DNA of 63,886 nt, counting the filler, from Folioceros fuciformis (Eukaryota), in assembly GCA_049999805.1 (NCBI GenBank). It is 8 parts of 8 records of this genome, joined end to end, with 100 filler letters (N's around TTAATTAATTAA, not from the genome) between each part and the next. Parts side by side here need not be neighbours in the genome. Positions count along the whole stretch, not along the records: positions 45,010 to 60,266 come from JBNGIO010004537.1; positions 60,367 to 62,430 come from JBNGIO010004538.1; 6 more parts are not named here. One strand, written 5' to 3'. The notes below the pieces were generated by a model. That model saw only the letters and a program-made list of their open reading frames with translations. It ran no database searches and was not told where the DNA came from. The position numbers were made by a program, and so were the translations under genes. This document shows positions 46,461-60,590 of this stretch, one piece after another (within the stretch, counting starts at the first letter, position 1; each line of letters begins with the position of its first letter).

Positions 46461-49010
46461 TGTTAGAAAACCCATATTGTTTAGAGTTTGTATGCACCAC
46501 ATCTAGGACTATATAAGTAAGCATAGGCTATTACTCTAAGTGTACTGAACTGAGGCTCTTACTTGGGGCTTATCTGGGATATTGTGTTTCTAACATGATA
46601 TCAGAGCCCGTGTTTTAGTCCCAAGTTCCTTGATTTTGGAGCCGCCAGTACGGACTTATGTAGGACTATCTTTGCTTGTTTTGCATTGTGTACAAGGCCA
46701 CGTAGACCATGTGTCTATTGTAAGACCGTAGACCGTAGACTATGTGTCTGTTGTAAGACCGTAGACTATGTGTTTGTTGTAAGACCGTAGACTATGTGTC
46801 TATTGTAAGACCTTACGTAGACTATGTAAGACTGTAAGACCTCATGTAGACTATGTGTTTGTTGTAAGACCTTACGTAGACTATGTGTCTATTGTAAGAC
46901 CTTGTGCAAGTTAGTGAAGCTTGGTGATATTGCAGGGAAGTCATCCTGTTCGGCTGCAAAGGACGGGAACATCCTTTGCGGGAACATGGAGACACGTCTT
47001 CTAGAAACTCGTGTGGTGGAGAAGTTTGGAGGGAAAACCTTCACCTTATGGAAGCTGAAGATGAAGATACTTCTTATTAACGAGGGAGTGTGGAAGTTTG
47101 TTGACAAGGTCTCGATGTTGCACCCATAGAGAAAGACCTCAACAAAGATGGTCGAGCGCTGGCAACAATCCTATTGAATGTCTTAGACGACGTTCTCTCT
47201 TAATTGAGTGAATGCGCAACGTCACAAGAAGCTTGGATCACCCTCTACAATACATACGAAAAGAAAAACATGGTAAGTTCAATGTTGTTGGAACAACAAC
47301 TTGCAAACCTCACGATGGCTGCTGGTGACACCATCCAGCAACATGTCAACAAGTTAAAGACCTTAGTGGACCAGATGAAGGCGATGGACATCAAACTGAC
47401 CGACGAAAGGATCCTCGTGGTGTTGTTGTGTAGCTTACCATCAACCTACAAGCCATTTGTGTCATCCTTAAGGACAACGGTCGCGATGCGTTCAAGCGAC
47501 AAACCGCTGTCGTTGGATGAGGTGGTCGGATTGCTTTTGCAAGAAGAATTGGAGTTTTCAACCAAGAAAGAGAAGATTGATGACGCCATCCTTTTCGCCA
47601 AGAAAGGCAAAGCAAAGGCGAAGTTCAAGTCTAAGGATGAGTCCAAATCCAAGTCTACAGACGAGATGAAGAAGGATGGTACGAGCCGTACGATGAAAGG
47701 ATCTTGCTATTATTGCAGGAAGCTAGGTCATCATGCTAAAGAATGTAAAACTAGGTTGGTAGACGAGTCGAAGAAGGAGAAATCCTCTCAAGCCAATCAA
47801 GTGAGTAAGCAACCTCAACAGGAACAATCTTTCGTGGCTAGCGATGGAGCTAATTCATCGACGAAGGATGAGAGCCTTTATCTTGACTCTGGTGCATCTC
47901 AGCACTTCAGTTACAACCTTCTAGGGTTCACTGGCTACACTAGACTCCCGAAGGACCATACAGTGGCACTCGGTGACAATACGTCACATGATATCGAGGG
48001 GAAAGGAGTCTTACACGTTTAGTTGCAGGGCGATAACCCCGCACGTATTGAGAATGTGCATCATGTACCTAATCTCACGAGGAATCTTCTTTCTGTTGCG
48101 TGGATTGCAAATGCAAGTCGTGAAATAGTCTTCACCTCCGCAGGCTGTCGCATTCAACTTGTACAGCCTAAGCCGTCACACGTGGTTGCTCGTGGTGTTT
48201 GTGTAGGAAATCTGTACAAACTTTGTGCTTCAATGAGAAAGCAAGCTTGTACGTTCCTGGCCAGTTCACACAACCACATTGGGTCTATCAATTTATGGCA
48301 TTAGCGTTTGGGCCACATCGGAGTGGACAAACTCAAGCTGATGATGAGTCATGATATGGTGATTGGATTGGATTTGATGAAGATTATTGCAACACAATTG
48401 TGTCTAGGATGTTAGATGGGGAAGCTAAATCACACAAAGTTTCCTAAAGCTGCGACACATCGTGCGCAGAAGGCGCTGGAATTAGTCCACACTGACGTGA
48501 GTGGGCCCATGCGGAACCCCACCCAGGGGGGTAATCGCTACATGCTCATCATTGTCAGTGATTTTACACAGAAGATGTGGACTTACCTTTTGAAAGAGCA
48601 ATCTCACGTGTTCCAGACTTTTAAGGAGTGGAAGACTCTGGTCGAGACCAAACGTGGTGAGCCTTAAGATGCTTCGGAGCGACAATGGAGGAGAATATGT
48701 TTCTTCTCAGTTCCAGAGTTTTTGTAAGGAGAATGGCATCAAACGGCAACTCACAATTTTACACACACCGCAGCAAAATGGAGTCGCGGAGCAGAAGATA
48801 CGGAGCCTTGTGGAAGCAGCCAAGTGCATATTGTTTCACAACGGCTTGCAGGTCAACTTTTGGGGAGAGGCTGTCATGACAGCTTCCTCTGGTGTAATAC
48901 TGGGCTGTACCTAGTATGACACCAAAGGAAGCTTGGTCTGGTATAAAACCTGATATCTGACATTTGAGAGTTTTCGGTTCCATGGTCTACGCTCGTATCT
49001 CGAAGGAGAG
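46461..49010 (+). mobile_element. Truncated Ty1/copia element (135-bp LTR, PBS, gag, protease, integrase; RT absent)
   Basis: The LTR at 46461-46595 is bounded by tgttagaaa/tttctaaca and contains ctatataag. The PBS tgatatcagagc is at 46596-46607. Motifs include CYYC..GH...C, YLDSGAS, VHTDV.GP and RSDNGGEY. There are in-frame stops and tandem repeats in the leader at 46700-46900. Confidence 0.9.
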
Positions 49011-49232
49011 CTGGACCAAATGGGATGCTAGTGGAACAAAGTGTCGGAGAGCCGGACCAAATGGGATGCTAGTGGAACGAAGTGTCGGAGAGCCGGACCA
49101 AATGGGATGCTAATGGAATGACCAAATGGGATGCGAATGGAATGAAGTGTCTCCTGTGGAATGAAGTGGAATGCGAATGGAATGAAGTGTCTCCTATGGA
49201 ATGAAGTGGGATGTGAATGGAATGAAGTGTCT
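49010..49232. repeat. Tandem microduplications at the broken end of the copia integrase
   Basis: Repeats of ggaccaaatgggatgcta(g/a)tggaa and gaatggaatgaagtgtctc. Confidence 0.8.
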
Positions 49233-51904
49233 CGTGCTTATACTATCTTACTACGCTGAAGGGGTCTTTTTTAGCCGGGATGTTGTTTTTCAGGAGGCTG
49301 TCTTGATACTGCCTGGAGTGGGCCCTTAATATGTTCAATCTACCGACATCGACATAGCCAAGGTTTCTATGCACAAGGAAAGGCTGGAAAATCGGCGTTC
49401 TTGTCCTCCACTCGCGACTGTGCCTTGCGCTGGTGGAAAAGTCATTCAGCATACGCTTCCACGTTCGTTTTTCGTGTTACAGTCTACCGTGGATCGGCAC
49501 GTTGCTTGGTTTTTGCCACGGGCCTCTCTGGATTAAATTTTCCTCCTTCGACTACTTACACATACTTCCCGAAAGCCAGAAGAGGTTCAATTTCCTTCTG
49601 GTCACAAAAGCCTGTGGCCTTCTCAAGAACACTACCGCTGCCTGCTAAGTCGTGTTGGAGCTTGGTCACTTCAGCATGTTCCTTGCCAATTTTATTCGTA
49701 ATTCCTGCTTGTAATCACCTCGATCCTCAATCTGCTCTTCGACGTCTAGTCCAAGGGCTTCTTTCAAACATTCCGGCTTCACAGGCAACCTACTTCTTAC
49801 GAGCGAAGAGTCGCTCTGCAAAATCGTACGTTAGTGTCTCGTGCTCGTGAAGAAAAAGTGCATGATGATACAAAAAGCTTCGTGTACAAGGATAGTGAAT
49901 TCCCAGATTGTTTCTTTGTTGTGGTTTCTGTAATCGTTAGCGCGGAATTCGAGGGAAGCTTGAAGCCATGCTCCAATGGATGGGAGGCGCCCGGAAGAGG
50001 ATCAATGTCGTGAGTTGAACTGCTTCGTGATGCGTACTGATAAATTTGCATCTTGCGCTCGCAAACTGCTGCGCAATGTATCTTTTTTGTTATCGACGAA
50101 AGGATTCCGCTTCCCTTCTAGATGCGTGTGTGTTCCAATTTTCTGGATAGGCTGAGGACTTCCTGCAGCAGCAAGCATTTTCACCAGCTTTTCCTTCTCC
50201 TACAGACATTGATAAGTGTTTTTGTTCCTGTGGCAGTCCAAGAATTCTCTTCGACGCAGGTGATCCCTCTGAATCTGATGTCGTGATGCCGATGCCTGCC
50301 TGTAGTCGTGAGCTTGAAAACGTTTTCACTCCCTGGAAAGAATGACATGCTCAGGCAGAAGCAGTCCTTCGAGCAACGGAAGCAAGATCGATCCGGTCAG
50401 GCTGTAGATGGAACTTCATGCTTGCCGAATGGGGACGATCCTCGGGCCTGTCGGCAGAAAGCGCTCAAGTCACTGGACATACAATGTTTGCGGAGGCTTT
50501 GTGAGGACGTTCCCGCGACGTCCCAAGGGCCTCAACCGAACATTGAAGGTTCTTCGCTTGTAATTTGGCTGCTAATTGTAGCATGTGGGGTAGGNNNNNN
50601 NNNNNNNNNNNNNNNNNNNNNNNNNNNNNNNNNNNNNNNNNNNNNNNNNNNNNNNNNNNNNNNNNNNNNNNNNNNNNNNNNNNNNNNNNNNNNNATGTGG
50701 GGTAGGCGTCTGCTCTCTGAACATATTCGCAATTTCGAGTTCAGCTCCTGGGAAATTCGGTGGTAAAAAACAGGAGGTAGCTGTGCACGCTGATGCTGCT
50801 GCTGCTTCGGCGTTGCAAAGCACGAAGCGATCACACCGAGCCGGTGGGGAATGTTATAGGGTGTAAGACGTCCATGAAATTGTCCTGTTGTGTCTTCAAT
50901 TGGAGGCAAGGAGCCGTGAGTCTCTTACCATGAGATTTGCTCTTCTACACAGGTCCAAGAAGTCCGCAGCTCTGCGCTACACTGAAGAATAAGTAAGAGC
51001 TTGGACCTTATCTGCACTCACAGACGTCGGAAACATGTGGGACAGTAAAACAAGTGTTCATTTCGGCAGCTGTGAGAGCCCGATGACACCAACCCCTCCA
51101 GGTGCTGGAAAGCTTGTTGGGAGGTCGGACCGATCAAGGAAGCATGCTACATCCAAAGGCTTACGGCCACTTTGTGTGAGGAGGGATGGAAGAAAGCTAG
51201 CAAGTCTGATAGCAGAAGAGGACGGTATGAGCATGCTAGACAAAGCTCACAGTGGATTGGTCATGAAGGCTCCACGATCAGTAATGTCGGTCAATGCTTG
51301 GTAGGGACAGAAGTTAAACTCCGGCACGGCCCGGAGAATGTAACTGGAGCTCCTCGATCCTTCTTCCAAACCCAGCCACCCTTAGAGGCTGCTCAGCCAG
51401 GTAAGTTGGTAATTGTCCATCGAGCCTCAAGACTTCCATTCCAAGGGTCCATACACTGAGGTAGCGTGGGGATAAGTTCGCAGGTACTGGGGAACTGGCC
51501 ACCTGGAATAGTGACGTTCAAGACCCCTTTGCATCTGTCAGTCCCAGGTGCTTGTGTATACTTCTTCCCCGCTGGTGAGCCCTTAATCAAGGAGGCACCG
51601 CAGGCTGTAGAGGGCTGAATCTCTGCTGTGCAGGCCAAAGCCTCTGCTCCCACATCTACTTCACGAGGTTGGAAGCAGACTCAATCTCTCGGACGGAAAG
51701 CGAGGATTCCACTTTCAGAGACAAGAGGTGGTTGATCCCTTTCTCCTTCCAGTTTAAAGAGCTGAGCTTGGGAGCCGTTTGATCAGTGGGGATGTTGCTT
51801 GATGCCTCGTAGGCGACTTTTGCACAGTTAATGTAACTGGGAACAAATTCTATAGAAGAGTATCGTAAGTTCAGAGGACCCTCTACAACATTTTCCCTGC
51901 GGGC

Positions 51905-54900
51905 ATGCAGACAAAACGTCTTCTGGATCTCTCCTATGACGCTACGGAGTGCATGTCACCCGTAGGAGGCGAACTGCTGTTAGGGGAGTCCCATGAATGC
52001 ACACATCATGCTCAGGCAGGAGCTGAAAGGGTGGCTTGCAGTTTTGGAGATATGATTATGTGGAAACCATTGTTTTATCAGAGCAATAGCTGCATTGATG
52101 AACTCTTTGACGCATCAATTCATCACAAGGGGTCGCCTTTCTGTTTAGAGGACGGGGATCACAATCAACCTTGCGATTTGTCAAAGGCAACGAGTTTCAA
52201 CCGAGCATTTGATTTCGGGGAAAACAGTGAGAGATATGGTTACGATATGGATCTGGATGATCCCCGGTATGAGTATTCGGGTGCATTGCAGCAAGGATCT
52301 ATGGGGACTAGTTGTATCCAGAGCCAGATGAAGCACTCCATTCCCTATGAGAATTCAAGCCCTTGGGAGGATTCCAGAGGTCCGCATTGGTCGTACTGGC
52401 GTGAAAACGCTTTCGAGGTACGTCTGTTGCAGGAGGAACGACCGGAAACCCAAGCAATTGATGTTGTTCGTCGGCTGGGTCGCTCATCTTCTGCTGATTT
52501 TCCTCTGGACAGGAGGAGTTTTACAGCACCTCTGACGGAATGTTGCAAGGTGATGGCCTCTTCCCTGCGGTGCCGTTTTTGGAACTTCCGGCGTTCTTGG
52601 GCAACCAGGAGCTGGATCTTGGCTGTGCTGCTGCTGGTGACCTCATTCTCCATCAGAATCCTGAATTTTTTAGGTATTGCTTCACATTGTTACTGGATGG
52701 CCTCGTCTTTGAATGCCTTGCACACGGTGCACACCTAGCAGCCATTTTGTGTGTTCCCTCTGCTAACTAACAAGGTCTCTTGAATATTGCGAAGGCACCA
52801 GTTTGGATGTTCTCCTTGGCAGTCAACAGACAACGCACAAGGTGAAGCTGATTCACATGTGCCTTCAATCAGATTGTCGCCATATCCACTTTGTGCGTAT
52901 GTGTGAATCTCAACCCTAAGTGTTGGAAATTGCAGAGGCCTCGAAGAACGAAAACGTTCATGATGCTTCGAGTTCTTCGAAGGACAGCTACTTCGTGGGA
53001 CCGTTGTCCCCTGTGAGTCACATTCAACAAGAAGACCACAAGAATCACGAGCCTTTTGAACGACAAAACTATGATCCTTCCAGAGATCTCACGTTTGTAC
53101 AACATCGCCAACATCAAAATTTTCCAACTGCGATGCTCATACGGCTCACTCTTGTGCAGGAGGAACTCTTGTTGACTATTGCTCATATTGCAGGAAACAC
53201 TTCTGGGGTGATCAAGGAAACGGCAAGCCTTTCAAATCTCTGCCAGGTATTGCTCTCTGTAGAATCACCGAATATGCAGTGATGCGAAGATCACCGTGCT
53301 GGTCTTACTGATTGGGCCGTTGTAAGAGATTATATGCAGTCCGAGTGTCACATGTCAATGTCTCCATGCTGTTACCTGTCAGAAATCATGCATAAAACTC
53401 GCAAACAAGATACGGAGGACAGTTTTATGATTTGGACGGAGTTCAGGTAGCTAGTCGTTCTTGAACCCATGCACACCATATTTTAGAGTCTGTAGGAAGA
53501 GCACGCACTGCATACGCTGACCGTCCAAGCTTTCCTCAGCCCAAAAGCGCCCTCTCGGAATCGGAAGATATCAGGTGTGCCTTAGCCAGTGATCTTGACA
53601 CTTCCTGCTTGTCATATTGGGAATCTGGCTAAAGGAGAACAATCTGGTTTGCAAATTCTGGATACTTTTCCAGGAAGTCCACAATTTGTTCCCCCTGCAG
53701 ATGAGTTGTCCAACAGGATACCAGGAAGCATGTGCTCGAGCAAAACGGTCCCAGTTCATGAGGAGAAGGACAACCTGCAGAGTCCACATCCTTTTACCAA
53801 GGATTCACAGTATGCTATGCAAACCATCAACCTGCAATGTCGTGTAGAAAATTTACCTGGAAAAGCTGAAAACGAGCAATGGACTAACTATTGTCATTTT
53901 GGGAACAGGAAAGAAGGATTTAATGTCGTCTACAATCGTTCACAAATCCATTCAGACAGTTCGCACAACGACCACCTGTTTTCGAGTTAGTCATGTACGT
54001 TAGCATCTTTGGGTTCTGATCACGTTGAACATGACTTGCGCAGAGCGCCATTTCAGGGGAGACAGTCCTAGAAAAAAGGGATTGCAACGGCAAACCCGTC
54101 ACCGGATGTTTTCCGGTGCGGATGAGACACGGCTTGAGTTGAATGATTTGGAAGTCAATACCCCACCAGGAAGGAAAACTCGAAGAAAACTGGAGGACTA
54201 CATGGTAAAGTCAAATGGGAGATCTGGCATAGAAGCAAAGGAAGGCGACATGAGAGCCACTGGTAACTCTCATGACTTCGCCAGGCAACCTGGCGATGCC
54301 ACTGTGATGTCGGGCCCTCGATTTTCCAAAAGAATTGAAACTCCGAAAGGCGGAGCCATCCCTCTCCCAACATCCAGGAGCGCTTCGAGTGTTAAGCTTC
54401 CTCAGCAATCAACATCAGACAGCAGGTCGAAGAAGCCCGCAGAAAAATTGAATCGCCATTTGGGAAATATAAAAAATGAATGGGAGAACTCAAATTTGGA
54501 GGGATCAGCAGACCGGAAGACCACCCAGGAAAGAGAACGTGCACCGGACGGCAAGTGCATAGACGTGTCGCCGGCGTTATTGAACACTGTTTGCCCGCCG
54601 CAAGTCATGGAAAGCTACAAGTGGATTTATCCTCCAGGCCTTGCCAGCGCTTTGGCCAGACTTTGCCAACATCCAGAGACGACTTCCACTTTGCCACTAT
54701 CCCCTCTACCTGCTGTCCAGAACTTGCTTGAGGAAGCAGGCAACGACTCTAAGACACCAACGGAGAAAGGCAGCCTGCCATTTACAAGGTATGTCTGCCC
54801 CGACCTCGAATGTGCTGCACATGAGATCAGTTGAGCATTTTTCCTTCGCTTACGTAATTTCTCTGCTACAGGGACCTACGACAACCTCCCAAGTGCAGTG
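51905..54900 (+). CDS. Possible multi-exon hypothetical gene or pseudogene, no recognisable domain
   Basis: Successive + strand ORFs of 277, 120, 133 and 269 aa have a polar, disorder-like composition and some plausible splice donors (ccag|gtattg about 53247, caag|gtatgt about 54789). No homology was recognised. Confidence 0.3.
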
Positions 54901-56509
54901 AATCACCCGACATACACGCCGGTGATAAATCCTCCCAAACCACCTTGCCTCCTTCGCTTATTACTAGCTTCTCCATCTTTGCATGCCACAAATATTTTAC
55001 CGGAAGTAGCCCACCTCCAGCTACCCTAACCCACTGTCCCCACAGCGGAAATTCCGCTGACCCATAACATGCATTTGCTCTTTCAGGTTGTGAGATGCAG
55101 CCTCCTCAATCAGCAAGATCATCGGTGGGACGGCGGGACCCATCGCCCATCCCTCTAGCAGACCGGAAGTACGTGGGCATGCTTGAGAGCTATGTTGTGC
55201 AGCTAAACCTGGTAAACAGAGTGCTCCAGGAGTAGTTTTTAGGTTTTCTTCCGTTCTCCAGTTCGGAGTAAAAAGCACCTGCAAATTTAAGTATGTAATA
55301 ATGTAAGGACAATTCCAAGGCCCACGAAGGCGCACAGTAACCTGTAGTTCGTACCCAGACAAACCAGAGGTCCGAGAAGGTTCAGGAGAGCGTGTGGGAC
55401 ACGTCGGGTGCACCGCCTCGCCTCGCCTCGCCTGGGCTCAGCCCTAGGCCTTTATAATCCCCACCCCTTCCCCATTTGCAAGCATTTCGTGCACCAACCG
55501 CCTTGGGGAGCGGCAGCCTGCCTTGGCCTCCAGGCTCCAAGCCTTTTCCTCTCCCTGCGCCGCGGCTCGCTCCGCCGTCTTGCATCTGGCGCTCTCGGCT
55601 GGCGCGTTGTGACGCAAAATTTAAAGCACCGGTTGCGCCGCATAGTGGCGGCAATTGTGGACGCTTTCTTGGGCCCGCTTCCTTCCTTGGTGTATTTGTC
55701 GTAGCTTAGCTACATCGCTGACGATCAGGGTTCTTACCATACAACATCTTGGGGTGTCTGTAGGATAGGCCTGGGTCTAGCGTGGGGAGCAGGGATCATC
55801 GCGCCCTTTCCCCTTGCAAGCACGGTGGTCTTGAAAGAAAAAATTGTCGTGGTCTTTCCTGCTCTGTCCGTCCGTTCCATCAGTTGGTGTGTGCCTCGCT
55901 TAATCCGGCTAAGAGGTTGTTGTGCCGCGGTTCAGGTTGATTGAGGCACTCTGGGCAAGAAGCTGTGCGTGCCTCTGGGCTCGAGCTGTGCGAGCGTTAT
56001 AATTCTGACCTCTTCCGTCCCTTACTCCTGTCGTTCGTTCCTGTCATCTGTACCGAGAGTCTTTCCTTGAGGGTGATCTGCTGCGCCGTGGTGGTCTGGC
56101 TCCAGGTTTTGGGAAGTACCAAGGGGAATCAGGGGGAATAACAAAAGGCATCATATCATACACCACAGTATCGCAAACGTGGCTCGCAGTCGCATGAGAA
56201 GCTGGAGGAGTTTTCTTGGCCCCGCTCTTTTGTGCGTTTGTGAGTGACAAGGCTGTGTTGGGGTCGTTTCACTCTCTTACAGGAGACCATCGGTCTGGGT
56301 TTCCTGTTTGGCATCCAGGTGCAAGGAAAGGGAAGAGAGGTTATTGTTGCGGGGGGAGGCGTGTTTCAGGGTTTGGTCACTCGGGACGGTCTACTGTCTC
56401 TTCTCTACACTCTGCTTGTTTGGCTGCCTGGAAGGTAGTAGAGGCTACCGTTTATCCTTTTGTGGCATTTGCTTGCAAGAGGAGTTTGCTGTGAGTGGCA
56501 GGTTCCCAG

Positions 56510-56575
56510 ATGGGAATTGGGATCAGGAGGACTGTCCGCCCAAAGAAACGATATCCAGGCACCGGCACTGGCACT

Positions 56576-56633
<58 letters not shown>

Positions 56634-57517
56634 TAAGAGAAGGAGGAGTTGTCAAGGTAGGAGGAAAGCAAAACAATTCTGACAATAGAAACAAAAGTAC
56701 GTGGGCGATAGACAGCGGTCGGCGGTCCGTGATGAAGAACAACAGGAAGCGATGGAGCGTCAAGGGGAGCGACGCTGCCTTCCAGCCGCTGAAATGCAAG
56801 CAGTTGGGAGGAGGCGGAGGACAAGCGTACGGAGTTTACGAGCCGCCCAGGTTGCTGGATTTGAAGTGGCAAAATCGAGTGAAGACGAGGAAACATTACG
56901 TGTCGAAGTGGCGGATCCCTCCTGATGCGCCCAGGAATACGAGCACTTACATATTGCAGTCGAAGAGGGCGGGAGCGCTGGGGTTTATGGCCTCCCCCGC
57001 GGTGGACGTGGCGTCGCTGCCTGCGTCTTCCCCCCTGCCCTTGTACAGTGAGGTGGTTATGGAGGAGGTGAAACAGTGGGGAGTAGATGGATATGGCTCT
57101 ATGACCAATTTGATTCGGTTGCGCTCATCGGACGATGACAGTGACATGGGGTCTATCCATGTTGACAGAAGCGCTGATGGCGGCGATAATGCCCGGTCTG
57201 GTGGCGATGGGACTGCCCAGCAGCAGTCGATGCGAGGTGTGGAGCAGCGTCTGGAGCAGGATTTGGTACGTTTTGAGCTCACGTATCCTCCCAAGCGGGG
57301 AGAGGAGTTGCCGGTGTTGCAGCGCCGGGTGGAGGAACAAGACCAGCAAATTGCAGCGTTGGAGGACGAGAACTTGACTTTGAGGGAACGCGTCTACTTG
57401 CTGCAGCAGGAGATGGGTGACATGAGGCAACGGCTTGGCTTAACGGGTTCTACGAGGCTAGGCGTGCCAGATGATGCATACTCTGAGCTTGTAGATGTTG
57501 TGTCTGATGCAGTTTAA
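56510..57517 (+). CDS. PRLI-interacting factor A-like protein (plant family with APRNT motif and C-terminal coiled coil)
   Basis: Motifs YEPP, APRNTSTYI...KR.G, WGVDGYGSM..LIRLR, EQRLEQDL.RFE..YP and RV.EQD.QIA.LEDENLTLRER.YL. A GGCACA repeat encodes a (Gly-Thr)n tract, and a TATA-like ctttataa lies near 55450. Confidence 0.85.
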
Positions 57518-59779
57518 GTCTCTGCTGGTGGTGGTGCTTATCCTTCCTTGTCTTGCCCTGCCCTATCTGTGAGGATGAATCTGTGGACGGCGGTGGCAAG
57601 GGGATGCGCCTAGGAGCAACAGCTGCCGGGCTGGGCAGCCCAGCCCAGCACACCACAGCACAGCACAGCGGGCTTGCACCGCTCAACGGTTGCAGGACTT
57701 ACACCATGGAGCATGTGAGTGGCTTTGGTCATTGTTTCACTTGCCCGGAGTGCCCTGCCCTGACCCCTCTTTGCTTTTGTGTGGTGAAGGAGATTGCTGT
57801 CCCGTCTCATAATTTCTGTAGCAGTCTCTTGTGCTACAGGTGAGTGAGGAGGGCTGGGATCAAGTTGGCATGACAAAATGTGCCAGGCCATGCTATGCTC
57901 AGCGCGGTAAGGGTTGGTTTGCCCAATGTCATCTTTGCTATTCGCATATGTATTCTGTGACAAGGGTTGTCTAATGTAGCTGCCAGTTTTACTGGTCCAA
58001 TACCTTAGGCTTAGGAAAGATGGTAGAAGAAGAAAGTGATTTGTGACTACCGCTGCTTGATGGTCTTTGTACACAGAATTCAGATCATCTACTCTGGTTG
58101 CATGTATCCTCAGCGGCCGTGGGGTGTCGAAACTGGACACGAAATCCTTGTCATCTTGTTAACTCTCATCTGCAATCGTCATAAGTCTCATTTTTTCTTG
58201 TACGCGCACAGATATTGATCACTTGCCAAACTGCCCGTCTAGTTCTTGTCCCACAAAATATCTCTTCTGACACTTCCATTTTTCGCACGCTCGTGCCACG
58301 CAAAGCTTCGCTCGTGAGAACCTACCGAAGACGTCCACGGAGTCCTTCCCAGTGAAGCCTGAGGCAAATCCAGTCGAGTAGCGGCTGGTTGCTGACGTCA
58401 CGATGCATCCACCAGCGAAGCAGAGTGTGACGGGGAAACCGTTATCGTTGGGCTCATTTCCGGCCTAGCAGCCACGTGAACGTCGTCCATCGTCGTCGTC
58501 GTCTATCTGGCCAGACACCAGCATGCTCTCGCAGGAAGCATACGTTGAAAGCCCTGCGGAGGGGAAAGCTCATGGAGCAAAATGAACTTGGGAAGAGCCT
58601 TCTCCCGGGAATCCTAAAGACTGCCAGAAGCCTAGTCTTTTTGTGTTTCGCAAGGTGAATTCATCTCTTGACAAAAAACGGAGCTTCTAGCTGGGGCCAT
58701 CGGTAGAAGGTGTCCGTTGTCTAATCCTCATTCCATCTCGTCCTCATGCTGGACTGTGGAGCAGCAGTAATCCAAGCCCGTCATTGGTGTCATGTTTCCA
58801 AGGGATGCTGTTCCTCATCACACATGCTGGTCATTTCTGAAGTCGGTATCTCGTAGGGCTGCGTGTTTCTTGGGTCCGAAGGCCAAACATGTTTACTACC
58901 ACGTGCGCGCACCCTTTACCACATGCGAACAATGTACTGCAGTCTACACAGAAAGTGCACAGCACAAGCAGGGCTTGTAACAAGCCGCATATCTAAGGCC
59001 TCAGTCTCAGTCTGGTCTTTAATGGGAGTTCCTGAGTAGGTCTTCCTTTCCGCCGCTACTAAGCAGCCGTCTTGTAATGGGACCTTTTGCACCAGGTTCT
59101 AGGGTACTCCTTTCAACGCAGCTACTGGGCCCGGTGTTTTTGTGCGAGCCAGTTTCGCGGTCCGCAAGTTGTGTGGCTTTAGCGACATACAAGCCTATAG
59201 ATGTGAGCCAATCTCCCACATTAGGTAGCACGAACCCGAAGTTATCATCCCAGGAACCGAAATGCTCTATCCAGAGAGATCTAAGCGCACAACCTGTCAT
59301 CGGATTTAAAATGCCTACAATTGATAGATCCCAACCCAAGCGCGCAAGGCAGGGATCGGACCTACATCTTTCATCTCAAGAGGCAGACGCTCTATCCGCT
59401 GAGCTAAAAGGACAACTTCCCAAGTATTGATAACTTCTTACACTTCAACCAAGAACAGTAAAACTAAACTAAGAGATCATTGAAGTGACTCTATTCTTTA
59501 CCAACTTGCTCTATAGAATAATTAATCTTCTAGTGGTACTAAACTGAGAGCAATTAATTTGCTAGTAGCACTAAACATATCTTTGAGGGATGCCATGAAG
59601 CTGCTCACATGGGGTTTGAGACCATGATCGAAATTAAAGTGTAAAATATTTAGTAGATTAATTATTTTCTATGATTTTATTGAAAAAAAAATGGAATGTC
59701 CTAGCTACTCCAATATTAAGGAGCACAACTTGAGTAGGGCCAAAGTACCAATAAGGTACTAGCCTCTTCGAACATCATC

Positions 59780-60266
59780 TTCAAACTACAGACTACTTCC
59801 AAAATGTCACGATGTAGAATAATGACTACTTCCAAAATGTCACGATGTAAAATAATGACTTCTTCCAAAATGTCACCATGTAGAATAATGATAAGCCTAC
59901 TTATTATAGGTGCCCACGAAGCCCCTTGACGAGCTCTTGTTACTCTTCTAAAGACTACATTGGACAATGCTCTTTGCACAATAATGGAGATGCATTGTCC
60001 AAAGGCAACTACTAAGTAAAAAGGAAGAACCCCATTTCTATGACTATGATACACCTTTGTTCATTCCTTGATGAACCTTGAAAAGTCTTTGCCCATGGCC
60101 ATATAGGTCTTGAAAGCAAGAGGATGAAAACATGCCCATCTCGTAAGGGAGAATACTTATGGACTGTGGGACTTGCACAACTTGTGGACTTTGGGACTTG
60201 CACAACCTTCTACCATTCATTCTAAAGGACTTTGGGACTTGCACAACCTTCTACCGTCCATTCTAA
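59780..60266 (-). mobile_element. Degenerate 3' remnant of the same CRE-like element with internal tandem repeats
   Basis: KYSPL.DGHVF, MAMGKDFSRF-like and CISIIVQRALSNVVFRR segments are present, with a 33-bp repeat encoding IILH.DILE at 59790-59890. Confidence 0.65.
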
Positions 60267-60590
60267 NNNNNNNNNNNNNNNNNNNNNNNNNNNNNNNNNN
60301 NNNNNNNNNNTTAATTAATTAANNNNNNNNNNNNNNNNNNNNNNNNNNNNNNNNNNNNNNNNNNNNCTGCAGAGGAGATTGTTGACGCTGGGGGAGAGGA
60401 TATTGGCGCCTCGGGCGCCGAGCTCTCCCTCTCCTAGGGGTGGGTGCACTTTCTGCTGGGAAGTGCATTGAATAATCAGGTGGGCAACCTGCAGCGGCGA
60501 GTCCCTTTGCAGACGCACACTCGGATGTGCCCCTACTGGGAGCGCCCTGCCTCGGCATGATTCCAGGGTTCCTCTAGAAGTTTCAGCATG

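Noticed and set aside
56308-56896. Alternative-frame ORFs with (HR)n, (AC)n or (VP)n tracts
   Set aside because: They are shadows of the GGCACA microsatellite inside the real gene.
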